From Armatimonadota bacterium (lineage in GTDB: Bacteria; Armatimonadota; Fimbriimonadia; Fimbriimonadales; GBS-DC): a stretch of 64,000 bases of DNA. The stretch's first letter is position 1; each line of letters opens with the position of its first letter. The notes under the pieces were generated by a model that did not search any database, had not been told where the DNA came from, and worked only from the letters and a program-made list of their open reading frames with translations. The stretch is from assembly GCA_037445735.1 (NCBI GenBank), contig JBBIJY010000011.1, forward strand, positions 32,614-96,613, in the 5' to 3' direction. This document shows positions 45,000 through 57,419 of this stretch, in pieces. The position numbers and the translations under genes were made by a program.

Positions 45000-45670
45000 A
45001 AAAGCGACTGATTTGGGCTGCCTTTGCCATAGCGGTGCTGTTTCTGAGCGGTTGCCGCACCGATATGTGGGTGCAGCAACGGGTGGAAGCGCAGGGCAAC
45101 AGCGAGTTTTATGCCATCACCGAGCAGCTGGTCGGTCCCGACGGCAATCTCTACGGCTCTGGCTCACGCCCAACGCCGCCCAACACCATCGCGCGGGGCA
45201 AACTGATTGACCCGAACGACCCGCTGCTCACAGGCAAGGACGCCAGAGGCAACTACCTCAACACGCTTCCACGCGGACTGAAACTCACGCGCGAGTTCCT
45301 GGATCGGGGTCAGGAGCAGTACAATGTCTTCTGCCGACCCTGCCACGGCATGGCAGGCGATGGTAAGGGCATGATCGCCCTGCGCGGACAGTGGCCCCGC
45401 ATGCCCGCCTCGCTGGTCGACGCCCGCATGCAAACCATGCCGCTCGGCTACTTCTACGCCGTCGCCACCAACGGCTTCGGCATCATGTACGGCTACGGCA
45501 AACGCATGCCACCCGAAGACCGCTGGGCAATCGCCGCCTATGTGCGCGTGCTGCAGCTGAGCCAGAACGCCAACTTCAAAGATTTGCCGCCCGAAGACCA
45601 GCAAAAAGCGCTACAAGCGCTGCGCCAGCAAATGCAACAGCAACAATCGGGCACGGAGGGAGGGTACTGA
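44996..45670 (+). CDS. actE: Alternative complex III monoheme cytochrome c lipoprotein
   Basis: Lipobox LSGC, CRPCH, DRWAIAAYVRVLQ. Confidence 0.92.
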   Translation: MKKRLIWAAFAIAVLFLSGCRTDMWVQQRVEAQGNSEFYAITEQLVGPDGNLYGSGSRPTPPNTIARGKLIDPNDPLLTGKDARGNYLNTLPRGLKLTREFLDRGQEQYNVFCRPCHGMAGDGKGMIALRGQWPRMPASLVDARMQTMPLGYFYAVATNGFGIMYGYGKRMPPEDRWAIAAYVRVLQLSQNANFKDLPPEDQQKALQALRQQMQQQQSGTEGGY

Positions 45671-46869
45671 TGAGCATAGCGAACCTTTCGGCGGAAGCGG
45701 CACGCGAAGTGATAGCACGCTGGCGGAACATCACCCTCACGCTCGGCATTATCGGTCTGGCAGGCTGGGTGCTAACGCTACCCACCAACCGCACCCTCGC
45801 CTTCCAGGGCTACCACTTCGCCTACATCTTCTGGGCAGGCTTGAGCATCGGCTGCCTCGGCATGACGCTGCTCATCCATGTGGTGTGGGGCAAATGGGGT
45901 CAGCCACTGGTGCGATTCTTCGAAGCCGGCGCCCAGACGATTGTGCCGCTGATGGTGATCCTCTTCTTACCCATCCTGTTCGGCAGACACGAGATTTTTG
46001 AATGGACGCACGCCGAAGCGGTTCAAAACGACCCCATCATCGCCTTCAAAGCGAAGTACTATCTCAATCTGCCCTTCTTCCTGGTGCGGATGGCGCTCTA
46101 CTTCGCGCTGTGGGGCTACATGGCATATGTGATGGTGCGCAGCAGCAGCCAGCAGGACGCTGCGAAAGACCCGCTGGAGGCGGAGCTGATTGCGCGTCAG
46201 CGCATGACGCCCGCCGCCGTCAGCATCCCCCTCTATGTGCTGGCGGTGACCTTCTTCACCGTCGATATGGCGATGTCGCTGCAGCCGCACTGGTTCTCCA
46301 CGATGTACGGGGTTATCTTTCTGGTGGGCTTCGCGCTGACGGCGATGGCGCTGGCGACCCTGCTGATCGTTCTCTGGCGCGACATCCCGCCTTTCAAGGG
46401 GCTGATCAGTTTCGAGTTCCGCCGCGACTGGGGCAACCTGCTCTTCACGATGACCGTCTTCTGGTCGTATGTCTCCTTCTCCCAGTTGCTGATTATCTAT
46501 TCGGGCAACCTGCCGGAGGAGACGAGCTTTTACCTGCGGCGCAACGCGGGCGGCTGGCATCCCGTCTCATGGCTGATAGTGATTTTCCACTTCTTTGTGC
46601 CCTTCTTACTGCTGCTGGCGCCGCGCACCAGGCGCATTCCGCAGCAGCTGATTCTGGGCGCGACGATTCTATTAGCGATTCGGGTGATCGAGATATTCTG
46701 GGAGATCAAGCCCGCCTTCTCGCCGACCTTCGGCATCAGCCTGTACGATGTGGCGGCGTTCGTGGGGCTGGGCGGTCTCTGGTTCTGGGCGACCTTCGGC
46801 TACTGGCTGAAGCGCCCGCTTCTGCCCCAGAACGAGCCACGCCTGCTGGAGGTGGCGCATGAACACTGA
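45670..46869 (+). CDS. actF: Alternative complex III subunit F
   Basis: Polytopic; MSLQPHWFSTMYG and SQLLIIYSGNLPEE motifs. Confidence 0.92.
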   Translation: MSIANLSAEAAREVIARWRNITLTLGIIGLAGWVLTLPTNRTLAFQGYHFAYIFWAGLSIGCLGMTLLIHVVWGKWGQPLVRFFEAGAQTIVPLMVILFLPILFGRHEIFEWTHAEAVQNDPIIAFKAKYYLNLPFFLVRMALYFALWGYMAYVMVRSSSQQDAAKDPLEAELIARQRMTPAAVSIPLYVLAVTFFTVDMAMSLQPHWFSTMYGVIFLVGFALTAMALATLLIVLWRDIPPFKGLISFEFRRDWGNLLFTMTVFWSYVSFSQLLIIYSGNLPEETSFYLRRNAGGWHPVSWLIVIFHFFVPFLLLLAPRTRRIPQQLILGATILLAIRVIEIFWEIKPAFSPTFGISLYDVAAFVGLGGLWFWATFGYWLKRPLLPQNEPRLLEVAHEH

Positions 46870-46881
46870 GGGAGGTGGCGT

Positions 46882-47319
46882 ATGGAGACACTGAAGCCCG
46901 TAACGCCGGAAGAGCTGGAACAGATTGAGCAGACGCCCTACGAGGCGCGCGACCTCTCCGTGCGCGGCATGGTGCAGTTCCTCGCGCTCATCTTCTTCAC
47001 GATTGTCGGCTCGCTGATCGTGTGCTACTTTGTCTACCAGTGGGTCCTGCCTAAAGAGGAACCGAACCTGCCTTCAGTGCGTAAGGAGGCTCTGGAGCGA
47101 CAGCTGCCGCCCGAGCCGCGCGTGCAGGGATTCCCCATGAAAGACTGGGAGCAGTTCTACGCCCAGGAGATCGAAAAGACCAGCCGCTACGCCGTTGATC
47201 CACGCACGGGCAAAGCACGAATCCCTGTCGAGCGGGCGAAGGAACTCATTCTGCAGCGCGGCTTGTCAGGTGCGTCAGGAGGTGGAGCAAACAATGTGCA
47301 GGCGAGTCAAACCCGGTAG
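46882..47319 (+). CDS. actG: ActG-like single-TM subunit
   Basis: Position after actF; YEARD, PPEPRVQ and RIPVERAKEL motifs. Confidence 0.7.
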   Translation: METLKPVTPEELEQIEQTPYEARDLSVRGMVQFLALIFFTIVGSLIVCYFVYQWVLPKEEPNLPSVRKEALERQLPPEPRVQGFPMKDWEQFYAQEIEKTSRYAVDPRTGKARIPVERAKELILQRGLSGASGGGANNVQASQTR

Positions 47320-48208
47320 CGGCGTTATCGCATTGCTGATTGCCTGGCTGGTGGTCAGCCCGGCGGCAGCGCAGATGTATCGGCGTCCGCCCGACATCGA
47401 CGCTGACCCCACCCGACAGGTGCGCGAAAATGTGGACATCCAGCAGAAGCTCAACACGCGCATCCCGCTCGAACTCACCTTCCGCGACGAGACGGGCAAA
47501 ACGGTGCAACTGCGCGACTACTTCGGCAAGCGCCCGGTGATCCTGACCCTGAACTACTACGAGTGCCCCATGCTGTGCAATGTGATGCTGAACGAACTCA
47601 CCCGCGCGCTGAACGCGCTGGACTATAAGATTGGGGCGCAGTTCGATATCGTCACGGTGAGCATCTCGCCAACAGAGACGCCCGAACTGGCAGCGAAAAA
47701 GAAAGCCAGTTACGCGAAAGCCTATCGGCACGGCACCGCCGAAAAAGGCTGGCACTTCCTGACAGGCGAGGAGACCAGCATTCGCCTGCTCGCCGATTCG
47801 GTCGGCTTCAAATATATGTATGACCCGCGCACGAAGCAGTACGCGCACAGCACGGCGGTCATGATTTTGACACCGGATGGACGCCTCTCGCGCTATCTGC
47901 TGGGTGTCAACTACTCGGCGCGCGATCTGAAGTTCGCGATTATGGAGGCGTCGGAGGGCAGGATTGGCAACCCTGCCGAGCGGTTGGTGCTCTATTGCTA
48001 TCAATATGACCCAACTACGGGCAAGTACGGGCTGGTGATCATCCGGCTGGTGCAGGTGGGCGGAATCATCACGGTGCTGGGGCTGGGGCTGTTGATTGGC
48101 GGCTTCCTCTGGTGGGAGCGTCGCCATCCGCGCCTGATAGAAGAGCCGCTGGACGATGCCGAATCACCCGCTTCATCGAGCCAGCCGGCATCGGGAGGTG
48201 ATCGATAA
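47294..48208 (+). CDS. SCO1/SenC family copper chaperone
   Basis: YYECPMLC, QYAH, C-terminal TM helix. Confidence 0.9.
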   Translation: MCRRVKPGSGVIALLIAWLVVSPAAAQMYRRPPDIDADPTRQVRENVDIQQKLNTRIPLELTFRDETGKTVQLRDYFGKRPVILTLNYYECPMLCNVMLNELTRALNALDYKIGAQFDIVTVSISPTETPELAAKKKASYAKAYRHGTAEKGWHFLTGEETSIRLLADSVGFKYMYDPRTKQYAHSTAVMILTPDGRLSRYLLGVNYSARDLKFAIMEASEGRIGNPAERLVLYCYQYDPTTGKYGLVIIRLVQVGGIITVLGLGLLIGGFLWWERRHPRLIEEPLDDAESPASSSQPASGGDR

Positions 48209-49180
48209 ATGTGGCGCATCCCGTTCTTCCCGCCGACCGCCTCGAAGGAGGGCGAGGCAATCTCCCTCCTCTACTGGACGATCAGCGCTCTGGCGATTGT
48301 TTTCGGCGCGATTGTGCTGTTCGGCGCCATCTATCTGGCGGTGAAGTATCGTGCCAGCAACGACGCTGTGCGCCGTGACGACGCGCCGGAGACCGACCTG
48401 CGCCTGGAGCTGGGCTGGACGATTATCCCGCTGGTGCTGGCGCTCGTAATCTTTGCCTGGGCAGCCAAGCTCTATGGCGACATCTACACGCCGCGTGAGG
48501 GTGCCTATGAGGTTTTTGTGATTGGCAAACAGTGGATGTGGCACTGCCAGCATCCCAGCGGCATCCGCGAGAACAACGAACTGCACCTGCCCGCAGGACG
48601 GCTGGTGAAGGTCACTGCCATCTCGCAGGATGTGATCCACGCCTTCTCCATCCCCGCCTTCCGAATCAAGCGCGATGTGGTGCCCGGACGCTACAACTCG
48701 ATGTTCTTCACGCCGACCCAGCCGGGCAAGTATCACCTGTTCTGCACCGAATATTGCGGCACCAAGCATTCGGAGATGATTGGCTGGGTCTATGTGATGG
48801 AGCCAGAAGAGTTTGAGCAGTGGCTGGCACAGGGTGGCAAGGGCGGTGCGACCACCGCGCTCTCGCTGGAGGAGCAGGGCAAGCAGGTGTTTGAGGGCGT
48901 TGGCGCATGCAGCACCTGCCATATGAACCCCAACTCCGCTGTCAAGGCGCCCGACCTGCGCGGGCTGTTCGGCAGTAAGGTAAAATTAGCGGATGGACGC
49001 ACCGTCACCGCCGACGAAGCCTATATCCGCGAATCGATTTTGAACCCTGCGGCGAAGGTCGTGGCAGGCTATCAGCCGCAAATGCCCCCTTATCAGGGCG
49101 TTCTCAATGAGGAACAGATTATCCAGCTAACGGCTTATATTAAATCGCTGGCGAAAGAGAAGCCAGCGGGAGGGATGTAA
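48209..49180 (+). CDS. coxB: Cytochrome c oxidase subunit II with fused cytochrome c (caa3 type)
   Basis: DVIH, CuA motif [13 protein letters not shown]-terminal CSTCH. Confidence 0.95.
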   Translation: MWRIPFFPPTASKEGEAISLLYWTISALAIVFGAIVLFGAIYLAVKYRASNDAVRRDDAPETDLRLELGWTIIPLVLALVIFAWAAKLYGDIYTPREGAYEVFVIGKQWMWHCQHPSGIRENNELHLPAGRLVKVTAISQDVIHAFSIPAFRIKRDVVPGRYNSMFFTPTQPGKYHLFCTEYCGTKHSEMIGWVYVMEPEEFEQWLAQGGKGGATTALSLEEQGKQVFEGVGACSTCHMNPNSAVKAPDLRGLFGSKVKLADGRTVTADEAYIRESILNPAAKVVAGYQPQMPPYQGVLNEEQIIQLTAYIKSLAKEKPAGGM

Positions 49181-49181
49181 G

Positions 49182-50858
<1,677 letters not shown>

Positions 50859-50918
50859 ATTTCGAACGGGCGCGGTGATACCGCTCACCGCGCCCACGCC
50901 AATCAAGGAGGGTTCACC

Positions 50919-51680
50919 GTGAGCGTCAAAGAGGCTGAACTGCATCTGGGCGAAGCGCGGCACGAAGTGCCGCACCTGGGCGAACAGTACGAAACAATCG
51001 AGCAGCAAAACGACGCCTATACCATCGGCATGTGGGCGTTCATCGTGCAGGAAGTGCTCTTCTTCGGTGGACTGTTCGCCAGCTATGCCATCTATCGCTT
51101 CAAGTACCTCTACGAGTTCGTCGCGGCGCACCATACACTGAGCGTGCCGTTCGGCACTCTCAACACCTTCGTGCTGCTGGTCAGCAGCTACACGATGGCA
51201 CGCGCCGTGCGCGCCGCCATGCAACAGAAGCACCACAAACAGCTCAAATACCTGCTGTGGACAATCTTCTTCGCCAGTATCTTTATGGTGAACAAATACT
51301 TCGAGTATTCTTCCAAGTACCATCACAACCTGATTCCGAATCAGAGCTACAGTGCGGAAGAGGTCATCCACCACAACCATCTGAAGGTGGAGAACGGCAT
51401 GGTGGATCTGGGTGCGCGCAAGGTGCCGCTGGAGGAGTTCGAAGGGCGCACCAAGCTCTTCTTCAGCTTCTACTTCATCATGACGGGTCTGCACGGGCTG
51501 CATGTGCTGGTGGGCATTATCATTCTGGCGATTCTGGCGGTGCGAGCGGGCATGGACTGGAAACGCAAGGTGCCGCACGCCGACTATATGCCTGTGGAGA
51601 TGACAGGACTCTACTGGCACTTCGTGGACATCGTGTGGATTTTCCTGTTCCCGCTGCTCTATCTGATGGGAGGTCAATAG
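50919..51680 (+). CDS. coxC: Cytochrome c oxidase subunit III
   Basis: [17 protein letters not shown] and [19 protein letters not shown] motifs. Confidence 0.95.
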   Translation: MSVKEAELHLGEARHEVPHLGEQYETIEQQNDAYTIGMWAFIVQEVLFFGGLFASYAIYRFKYLYEFVAAHHTLSVPFGTLNTFVLLVSSYTMARAVRAAMQQKHHKQLKYLLWTIFFASIFMVNKYFEYSSKYHHNLIPNQSYSAEEVIHHNHLKVENGMVDLGARKVPLEEFEGRTKLFFSFYFIMTGLHGLHVLVGIIILAILAVRAGMDWKRKVPHADYMPVEMTGLYWHFVDIVWIFLFPLLYLMGGQ

Positions 51681-51681
51681 G

Positions 51682-52005
51682 ATGGCACAGCATCATCATG
51701 AGGAACACACGCATGCGCAACCCATCTCGTTCTATGCGAAGACGCTCTGGGTGCTGATGGCGCTGCTGGTGGTGACGGTGTGGGCGGGCTTTCAGAAGAT
51801 GCCCGACTGGCTGGGTATTGCAGTCGCGTTGACGATTGCCGTCAGCAAGGCGACAATCGTGATTCTGAACTTCATGCATGTGAAGTTCAGCAGCAAGCTG
51901 GCGTGGTTGTTTGCGGGCGCGGGCTTCTTCTGGCTGCTGATAATGTTCGCCTTCGCGTTCGCGGATTATGCCAGCCGCCACTGGGAGCCGGAAACGGGCT
52001 GGTAG
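51682..52005 (+). CDS. coxD: Cytochrome c oxidase subunit IV
   Basis: Three TM helices; KATIVILNFMHVK motif. Confidence 0.88.
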   Translation: MAQHHHEEHTHAQPISFYAKTLWVLMALLVVTVWAGFQKMPDWLGIAVALTIAVSKATIVILNFMHVKFSSKLAWLFAGAGFFWLLIMFAFAFADYASRHWEPETGW

Positions 52006-52015
52006 AAGCTTTTAG

Positions 52016-52103
52016 CCCCCTCACCCGTTCCCTCTCCCCCTTCAGGGGGAGAGGGGATTGAGAGGTTCCCTCTCCCCTCTGGGGAGAGGGTTGGGGTGGG
52101 GGG
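52016..52103. repeat. Two inverted copies of the CCCTCTCCC/GGGAGAGGG palindromic repeat between convergent operons
   Basis: CCCCTCACCCGTTCCCTCTCCCCC..GGGGGAGAGGG and CCCTCTCCCC..GGGGAGAGGGTTGGGGTGGGG. Confidence 0.85.
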
Positions 52104-52116
52104 TTTCTTGATGGAT

Positions 52117-53268
52117 TCACTTCTGGCGGCTGCGGGCAATCGCCTGATCCAGGTCTTCAATCAGGTCTTCCACATCCTCGATCCCGACGGAGAGGCGGAT
52201 GAGCGAGTCGGTGATGCCGATTCGGGCACGCTCTTCGGGCGGGATGGAGGCATGGGTCATCGTGGCGGGATGGCACAGCAGCGATTCAACTCCGCCCAGC
52301 GACTCGGCTAAGATGAACAGGCGCGTGCTGGACAGAAAGCGCCTCGCCCGCTCCACACCGCCTGTCAGCTCCATCGTGACGATGCCGCCGAAGTCGCTCA
52401 TCTGGCGTCGCGCCAGCTCATGCCCCGGGTGATTGGGCAGCCCCGGATAGCGTACCTGCTTCACTTCGGGGTGGCTCGCCAGATACTCGGCGATTCGGCG
52501 CGCGTTCTCGCAGTGCTGGCGCATGCGCAGCGCCAGCGTCTTGATGCCCCGCAACACCAGAAAGCAGCTCAGCGGTCCTGGCACCGCGCCCACCGCATTT
52601 TGATAAAACTTCAGTTGTTCATAGAGCGATCGATCCCGCACGCAGAGCGCGCCGCCCACCACATCCGAATGCCCGCCCAGATATTTGGTAGTGGAGTGGA
52701 TAACGATGTCCGCACCGAACTCGAACGGGCGCTGCAGGTAGGGCGTGGCGAAGGTGTTGTCCACCACGGCGAGCGCACCGTGCTCGTGCGCCAGCTGGCA
52801 CGCCGCCTGCAGGTCCACAATCGTGAGCATCGGGTTGCTGGGCGTTTCGATCCACAGCAGGCGCGTATTGGGGCGGAACGCGCGTCGCAGCGCGTCGATA
52901 TCGTCCCCATCAGCATAGGAGAACTCGATGCCATATTTCGCCCACACGCGCTCGAACAGGCGATAGGTGCCGCCGTACAGGTCGCGTGTCGCCACCACAT
53001 GGTCGCCCGATTGAAGCAGGTTCAGCACGGTGTTTTCAGCAGCCAGCCCGCTGGCGAACGCCAGCCCGTACTCCACGCCCTCCAGCGCAGCAATGTTGCG
53101 TTCCAGCACGGCGCGGGTCGGATGCTCCGAACGCGAATACTCATAACCCCTGTGCTGACCCGGCGCCGATTGCGCATAGGTGGAGGTGAGGTACACAGGG
53201 GTCATAATCGCACCTGTGGTGGGGTCAGGCTCGATGCCGGCGTGAATCGCTCTGGTCGCAAAACGCAT
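52117..53268 (-). CDS. Cystathionine gamma-lyase/synthase
   Basis: FATRAIHAG, YEYSR, DNTFATP, HSTTKYLGGHSD and AESLGGVESL motifs. Confidence 0.93.
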   Translation of the reverse strand: MRFATRAIHAGIEPDPTTGAIMTPVYLTSTYAQSAPGQHRGYEYSRSEHPTRAVLERNIAALEGVEYGLAFASGLAAENTVLNLLQSGDHVVATRDLYGGTYRLFERVWAKYGIEFSYADGDDIDALRRAFRPNTRLLWIETPSNPMLTIVDLQAACQLAHEHGALAVVDNTFATPYLQRPFEFGADIVIHSTTKYLGGHSDVVGGALCVRDRSLYEQLKFYQNAVGAVPGPLSCFLVLRGIKTLALRMRQHCENARRIAEYLASHPEVKQVRYPGLPNHPGHELARRQMSDFGGIVTMELTGGVERARRFLSSTRLFILAESLGGVESLLCHPATMTHASIPPEERARIGITDSLIRLSVGIEDVEDLIEDLDQAIARSRQK

Positions 53269-53288
53269 AGGAATAAACCTCCTCGGGT

Positions 53289-54680
53289 TCAGGTGTGGTC
53301 AGGCAGACCCAGCAGATGAGCGAGGGTATGCACCAGGTCGTACTTGGTCAGCACATCGTACTGTCCATCCTCGACGGGCACCAGCACGGCAGTCTCGCGG
53401 CTGATGAGGTCGGTCAACTCGTCCAGAAAGGTATCAGGTGAGACAGTGGGGAACGGCGCGGTCATCACCTCGCGCACCACCGAGGCTTGCAGGTCGTGCC
53501 CCTGCAGCACCAGGCGCATGATGGTGTCCTCGGAGATGGAGCCGACTGGCATGCCCGATTCGAACACGGGCAGCTGCGACACATCGTGGCGCTCCATCAG
53601 CTCAAAGGCGTGCAGGAGGGTGTCCTGCGGGCTGACGGTGAGCAGCGTGCGCACGGGACCGCGCTGACGCTTGGCATCGATGAGATCGCGCGCGGTCAGT
53701 CGCACACGCGGCTCGTAACAGCGATGCTCCCGCAACCATTCATCGTTATAGACCTTGTTCAGCACGCGCAGTCCGCCGTCGGGCACGATGAACACGATGA
53801 GGTCCTTTTCGGTGGCGCGTCTGGCGACTTCGATGGCTCCGTAGAGCGCGGAGCCTGCCGAACCGCCCGCGAAGATGCCCTCCTCTCGCGCCAGCCGACG
53901 CGCCCACAGAAAACTGTCGCAGTCGGTCACCTGAATCACATCGTCCACCACTGAGAAGTCCATCGTGGAGGGGAAGATGTCCTCGCCGATGCCCTCCACC
54001 AGATAGGGATGGGCTTCCACCACCTTCTTGTGGTGGAAATAGTCATAGTAGACGGAGCCGACGGGGTCGACGCCAATCACCTTGATGTTGGGGTTGCGCT
54101 CCTTGAGGTAGCGTCCTGCGCCGGAGATGGTGCCGCCCGTGCCCATGCCCGCCACCAGATAGGTGATGCGCCCCTCCGTGTCCTCCCAGATTTCGGGACC
54201 GGTGGTCAGATAGTGGGCTTCGGGGTTGGCGGGGTTATCGTACTGGTTCACGAAGAAGGAGTTGGGTATCTCCTGCGCCAGTTTGCGGGCGACGGAGTAG
54301 TAGCTGCGCGGGTCATCGGGCGCGACAGCGGTGGGGCATACAATCACCTCCGCGCCCATCGCCTTGAGCATATTAATCTTCTCGCGCGACTGCTTGTCGG
54401 TGGTGGTAAAGATGGTGCGGTAGCCGCGCAGTGCCGCCACCATCGCCAGCCCCATGCCGGTGTTGCCCGAGGTGCATTCGATGATGGTTCCGCCCGGCTT
54501 GAGTTTGCCCTCGCGCTCGGCGCGTTCGATCATGCGCAGTGCGATTCGGTCTTTGACGCTGCCGCCCGGGTTCATGAACTCCAGTTTGGCGTAGACGGCA
54601 GGCTTGAGATGGCGCGTGATGCGCTGGAGGCGCACCAGCGGCGTTCGCCCAATCGCATCCAGAAGGCTCTCGTATCGCAT
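53289..54680 (-). CDS. cbs: Cystathionine beta-synthase with C-terminal CBS pair
   Basis: NPGGSVKDR, TSGNTG, GMGTGGT, VEGIG; C-terminal VSQLPV CBS domains. Confidence 0.92.
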   Translation of the reverse strand: MRYESLLDAIGRTPLVRLQRITRHLKPAVYAKLEFMNPGGSVKDRIALRMIERAEREGKLKPGGTIIECTSGNTGMGLAMVAALRGYRTIFTTTDKQSREKINMLKAMGAEVIVCPTAVAPDDPRSYYSVARKLAQEIPNSFFVNQYDNPANPEAHYLTTGPEIWEDTEGRITYLVAGMGTGGTISGAGRYLKERNPNIKVIGVDPVGSVYYDYFHHKKVVEAHPYLVEGIGEDIFPSTMDFSVVDDVIQVTDCDSFLWARRLAREEGIFAGGSAGSALYGAIEVARRATEKDLIVFIVPDGGLRVLNKVYNDEWLREHRCYEPRVRLTARDLIDAKRQRGPVRTLLTVSPQDTLLHAFELMERHDVSQLPVFESGMPVGSISEDTIMRLVLQGHDLQASVVREVMTAPFPTVSPDTFLDELTDLISRETAVLVPVEDGQYDVLTKYDLVHTLAHLLGLPDHT

Positions 54681-54744
54681 CGTTTCCACCTGCTCCTTCG
54701 CGATTATGCCACACTGCACCCTTTATTATAGCCGATTCCCTTTG

Positions 54745-54771
54745 GACTGCGGAAGCGCAGCTTCCGTAGTC
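54745..54771. repeat. Palindromic hairpin (REP-like or terminator)
   Basis: GACTGCGGAAGC-GCA-GCTTCCGTAGTC. Confidence 0.45.
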
Positions 54772-54820
54772 TATATCCGACTGTCTGCGCTCTTATCGCT
54801 GGCGGCGTATTGAGCAAGTG

Positions 54821-55210
54821 TTAGACAGAGACCACCTCCACCCCCAGCGTTGCTACATGCTGGAAGTGAGCATCGCGTGTCAGCAGGGGTAACTGATAGG
54901 TCTTTGCAAAGGCAGCAATCCATAGATCATTTTCGGGAATAGGCGTGCTCCGCTCTTTCAGGGCGCGCTTAAGCTCGGCATAAGCAGCAGCAACAGCATC
55001 GTTGGTGTGCAGCACCGTGTAGCCTGTAAGGAACTGCATTAACTGCTGAATCTGCAAACCCGCGCGATTCGCCACCAGCGCTCCATAGTAAAGTTCACCT
55101 AAGGTGATAACACAGGGGATAAGCTCGCCATCTGCTGGAAGAGCGATATTCGCGGAACCACGAAGCAGCTCCACAAGAACACTGGTGTCCACCAGATACC
55201 TACCATTCAT
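54821..55210 (-). CDS. vapC: PIN-domain toxin (VapC family)
   Basis: YLVDTSV, GELYYG, NDLWIAA and LLTRDAHF motifs. Confidence 0.93.
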   Translation of the reverse strand: MNGRYLVDTSVLVELLRGSANIALPADGELIPCVITLGELYYGALVANRAGLQIQQLMQFLTGYTVLHTNDAVAAAYAELKRALKERSTPIPENDLWIAAFAKTYQLPLLTRDAHFQHVATLGVEVVSV

Positions 55211-55424
55211 CGGGGTTCACCTGCTCACAGCCCGACTCGATAGCATCCAGGATAGCCTCGACATCCTCGTCGGTAAGTAAGCCCGCTATAGCCTGCAGGT
55301 CCTTCAGGGGGATGCCGCGCAATGTGGTCTGGCTCAGCTGGCGTGCGTATTCCAGCACCCGCTGTTGAAGCGGCTCTGGTAAAGTGGCAACGACTTCCCG
55401 CACCCGGTCTGCAATCGCGCTCAT
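55200..55424 (-). CDS. Putative antitoxin (DUF2281-like)
   Basis: 74 aa with acidic tail, LPEPLQQRVLEYA; overlaps the vapC start. Confidence 0.75.
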   Translation of the reverse strand: MSAIADRVREVVATLPEPLQQRVLEYARQLSQTTLRGIPLKDLQAIAGLLTDEDVEAILDAIESGCEQVNPDEW

Positions 55425-55516
55425 CGCAGCAGGATTATACCTCAGGTGTAGTCGCTCGCCAACCAGAATACCTGAGTCAACGCCCTGCACACGGGTGAGA
55501 AGGTAAACTCCTGATT

Positions 55517-57055
55517 GTGCGTGCGCTGCTGGGTCTGCTGGTTCTGCTCGCCCTGATCGACATCGTGGCGTTCGGGCTGACCGATCTGGATGAGGGGTTC
55601 TATGCCTCGGTGGCGTGGGAGATGAAGGCGCGTGGCGACTGGCTGACGCCGCTATTTCGCGGGGAGCCGTGGTTTGAGAAGCCCCCTCTGCTCTACTGGT
55701 TGATGATAAGCAGCATGCGTCTGTTCGGGGAGAACGAGTTCGCCCTGCGGTTGCCCTCGGTGCTGCTGTCTGGTTTAACGCTGATTTTGATTGTTGCGTG
55801 GGGGGAGCGGCGGCTGGGTTCGGGCGTGGGCGTGCTGGCGGGTCTGCTGTTCGCCCTCGCGCCGTTGAGCCTGCTGCTGACGCGCCTCGCCATCACCGAC
55901 ATGGCGCTCTGCTGCTGGCAGATGCTGGCGTTGATCGCGCTCTGGGAGGCGCGGGAGCGTCCGTTGCTCTGGAGCGTGCTGGGTGGTATTGCGCTGGGGC
56001 TGGCAGTGCTGACGAAGGGACCCGTCGGGCTGGGGCTGATGGGATTGAACTATCTCCTGCAGGCGCATGCCCTGCACGCCAGCGGCTTGCGCCTGCGCTG
56101 GGTGCTGGTCGCGCTGCTGATGGCGTTCGCGACGGCATCACCGTGGTATATGGGCGTCTATCGCCAGCACGGGCGCGACTTCTTTGAGGAGTTTGTTTTG
56201 CGTCAGAACCTGCTGCGCTTTGCGGGAGGCGACACGGCGCACTCGGTGCTGCCGCTGATTCAGAGTGGTGAGGCGGGGTCGGTCGCGGCGGGCATTGCGC
56301 TCTATCTGCTTTTCTATGTGGCAATCGTGTGGCTGGGCGGGCTGCCGATGGCGTTCTATGCGAGCGTGCTCTGGCGGCGTGCGCCCGACGAGCCAGCGGT
56401 AATGCGCTACCTGCGCGGCTGGGCGTGGCTTGTGTTCGGGCTGTTCACACTCAGCTTCACCAAACTGCCCGCCTACATCTTCCCGATATTCCCTGCGCTC
56501 GCGCTGATGGTGGGCTATCGGCTGCATATTGAGCGGCATGCGGCTCTGTCGCTGTATGGGATGGGCATCGCCGCGCTGGGGCTGGCTATCTGGACGGTGC
56601 TGGGGCTGTGGCTGGCGCAGCTCAGTGGGGTCTGGCTGGCAGGGCTGCTGGGCGTCGGCTGGTGCCTGCTGATGGGCTGGCTGATCAGCGGGCGACGCTG
56701 GACAGTGACCCTGTTGCTCGGCGTGCTGACGCTGACGCTGGGGCTGAACGGCGCGTTGCGGGGCTATGATCGTCTGATGCTAGCGCCCGTGCGCGAGCTG
56801 GCACGCGCTGTGCCGCCCTACCGCACGCTTATCCTCTACAGGGTACGCCCTGGCTACCCCAGCCTGCAGTTCTATCGCAAAGGGCGCACCGACAGCACCG
56901 ACGATTTGAACGCGCTCCTTCAGCAGATGGAGCAGCAGGGCGCGTACTGCCTGACCACCGAGCGCGCGCTGGCGGAACACTCGCGCCTCATCCCGCTGGA
57001 ACAACGCAACGCGCTGGGACGAACCTTCTACCTGCTGGTCGCCCGCTACCGCTGA
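55517..57055 (+). CDS. ArnT/PMT-like (GT-C) membrane glycosyltransferase
   Basis: DLDEGFY, FEKPPLLYW, LTKGP and KLPAYIFP motifs; polytopic. Confidence 0.9.
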   Translation: MRALLGLLVLLALIDIVAFGLTDLDEGFYASVAWEMKARGDWLTPLFRGEPWFEKPPLLYWLMISSMRLFGENEFALRLPSVLLSGLTLILIVAWGERRLGSGVGVLAGLLFALAPLSLLLTRLAITDMALCCWQMLALIALWEARERPLLWSVLGGIALGLAVLTKGPVGLGLMGLNYLLQAHALHASGLRLRWVLVALLMAFATASPWYMGVYRQHGRDFFEEFVLRQNLLRFAGGDTAHSVLPLIQSGEAGSVAAGIALYLLFYVAIVWLGGLPMAFYASVLWRRAPDEPAVMRYLRGWAWLVFGLFTLSFTKLPAYIFPIFPALALMVGYRLHIERHAALSLYGMGIAALGLAIWTVLGLWLAQLSGVWLAGLLGVGWCLLMGWLISGRRWTVTLLLGVLTLTLGLNGALRGYDRLMLAPVRELARAVPPYRTLILYRVRPGYPSLQFYRKGRTDSTDDLNALLQQMEQQGAYCLTTERALAEHSRLIPLEQRNALGRTFYLLVARYR

Positions 57056-57056
57056 G

Positions 57057-57085
57057 GGAACTTTTTGCGCCTGTCAGCAGTTTAA
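57057..57085 (+). promoter_or_regulatory. ECF-sigma-type promoter
   Basis: GGAACTT-N16-GTTTAA, resembling the sigmaE consensus GGAACTT-N16-GTCAAA. Confidence 0.5.
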
Positions 57086-57142
57086 TAAGCAAGTGCTTCC
57101 ACAGGGGGCATATTCCATCTTTGTCAGAGGAGGTGTTCAGTC

Positions 57143-57388
57143 ATCCGAACGGAGCGCAAGAAGAAGCGTCGCGCACGCGACAAGGTTGCTTTTGCACACG
57201 GGCATTACCTGGGACATCGATCCCACTGCAAGGCGGGCAAGACCGCCACTCAACGGTACTATCGGCATCGTCAGGAGCGGTATCTCGAACGATTGAAGCG
57301 ACTGGAACAGGAACTGATCAACGCGCGTCGTCGGTGGCGTCCCGAGGAGTATCACGCCGTGGTTGAAGCCCTGCGTCGGATGAGCTAA
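57143..57388 (+). CDS. Unannotated 81-aa Arg/Lys-rich protein with ATC start (or start-mutated pseudogene)
   Basis: AGGAGGT SD 8 nt before ATC; open frame IRTERKKKRRARDK...EALRRMS; terminator follows. Confidence 0.5.
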   Translation: MRTERKKKRRARDKVAFAHGHYLGHRSHCKAGKTATQRYYRHRQERYLERLKRLEQELINARRRWRPEEYHAVVEALRRMS

Positions 57389-57419
57389 GGCTTACACCCT
57401 ATCCTCCATTCTTCACTGG

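Noticed and set aside
57093-57366. Track ORFs 57093-57296 and 57121-57366
   Set aside because: No SD at their starts; the third frame (57143-57388) fits the SD and terminator better
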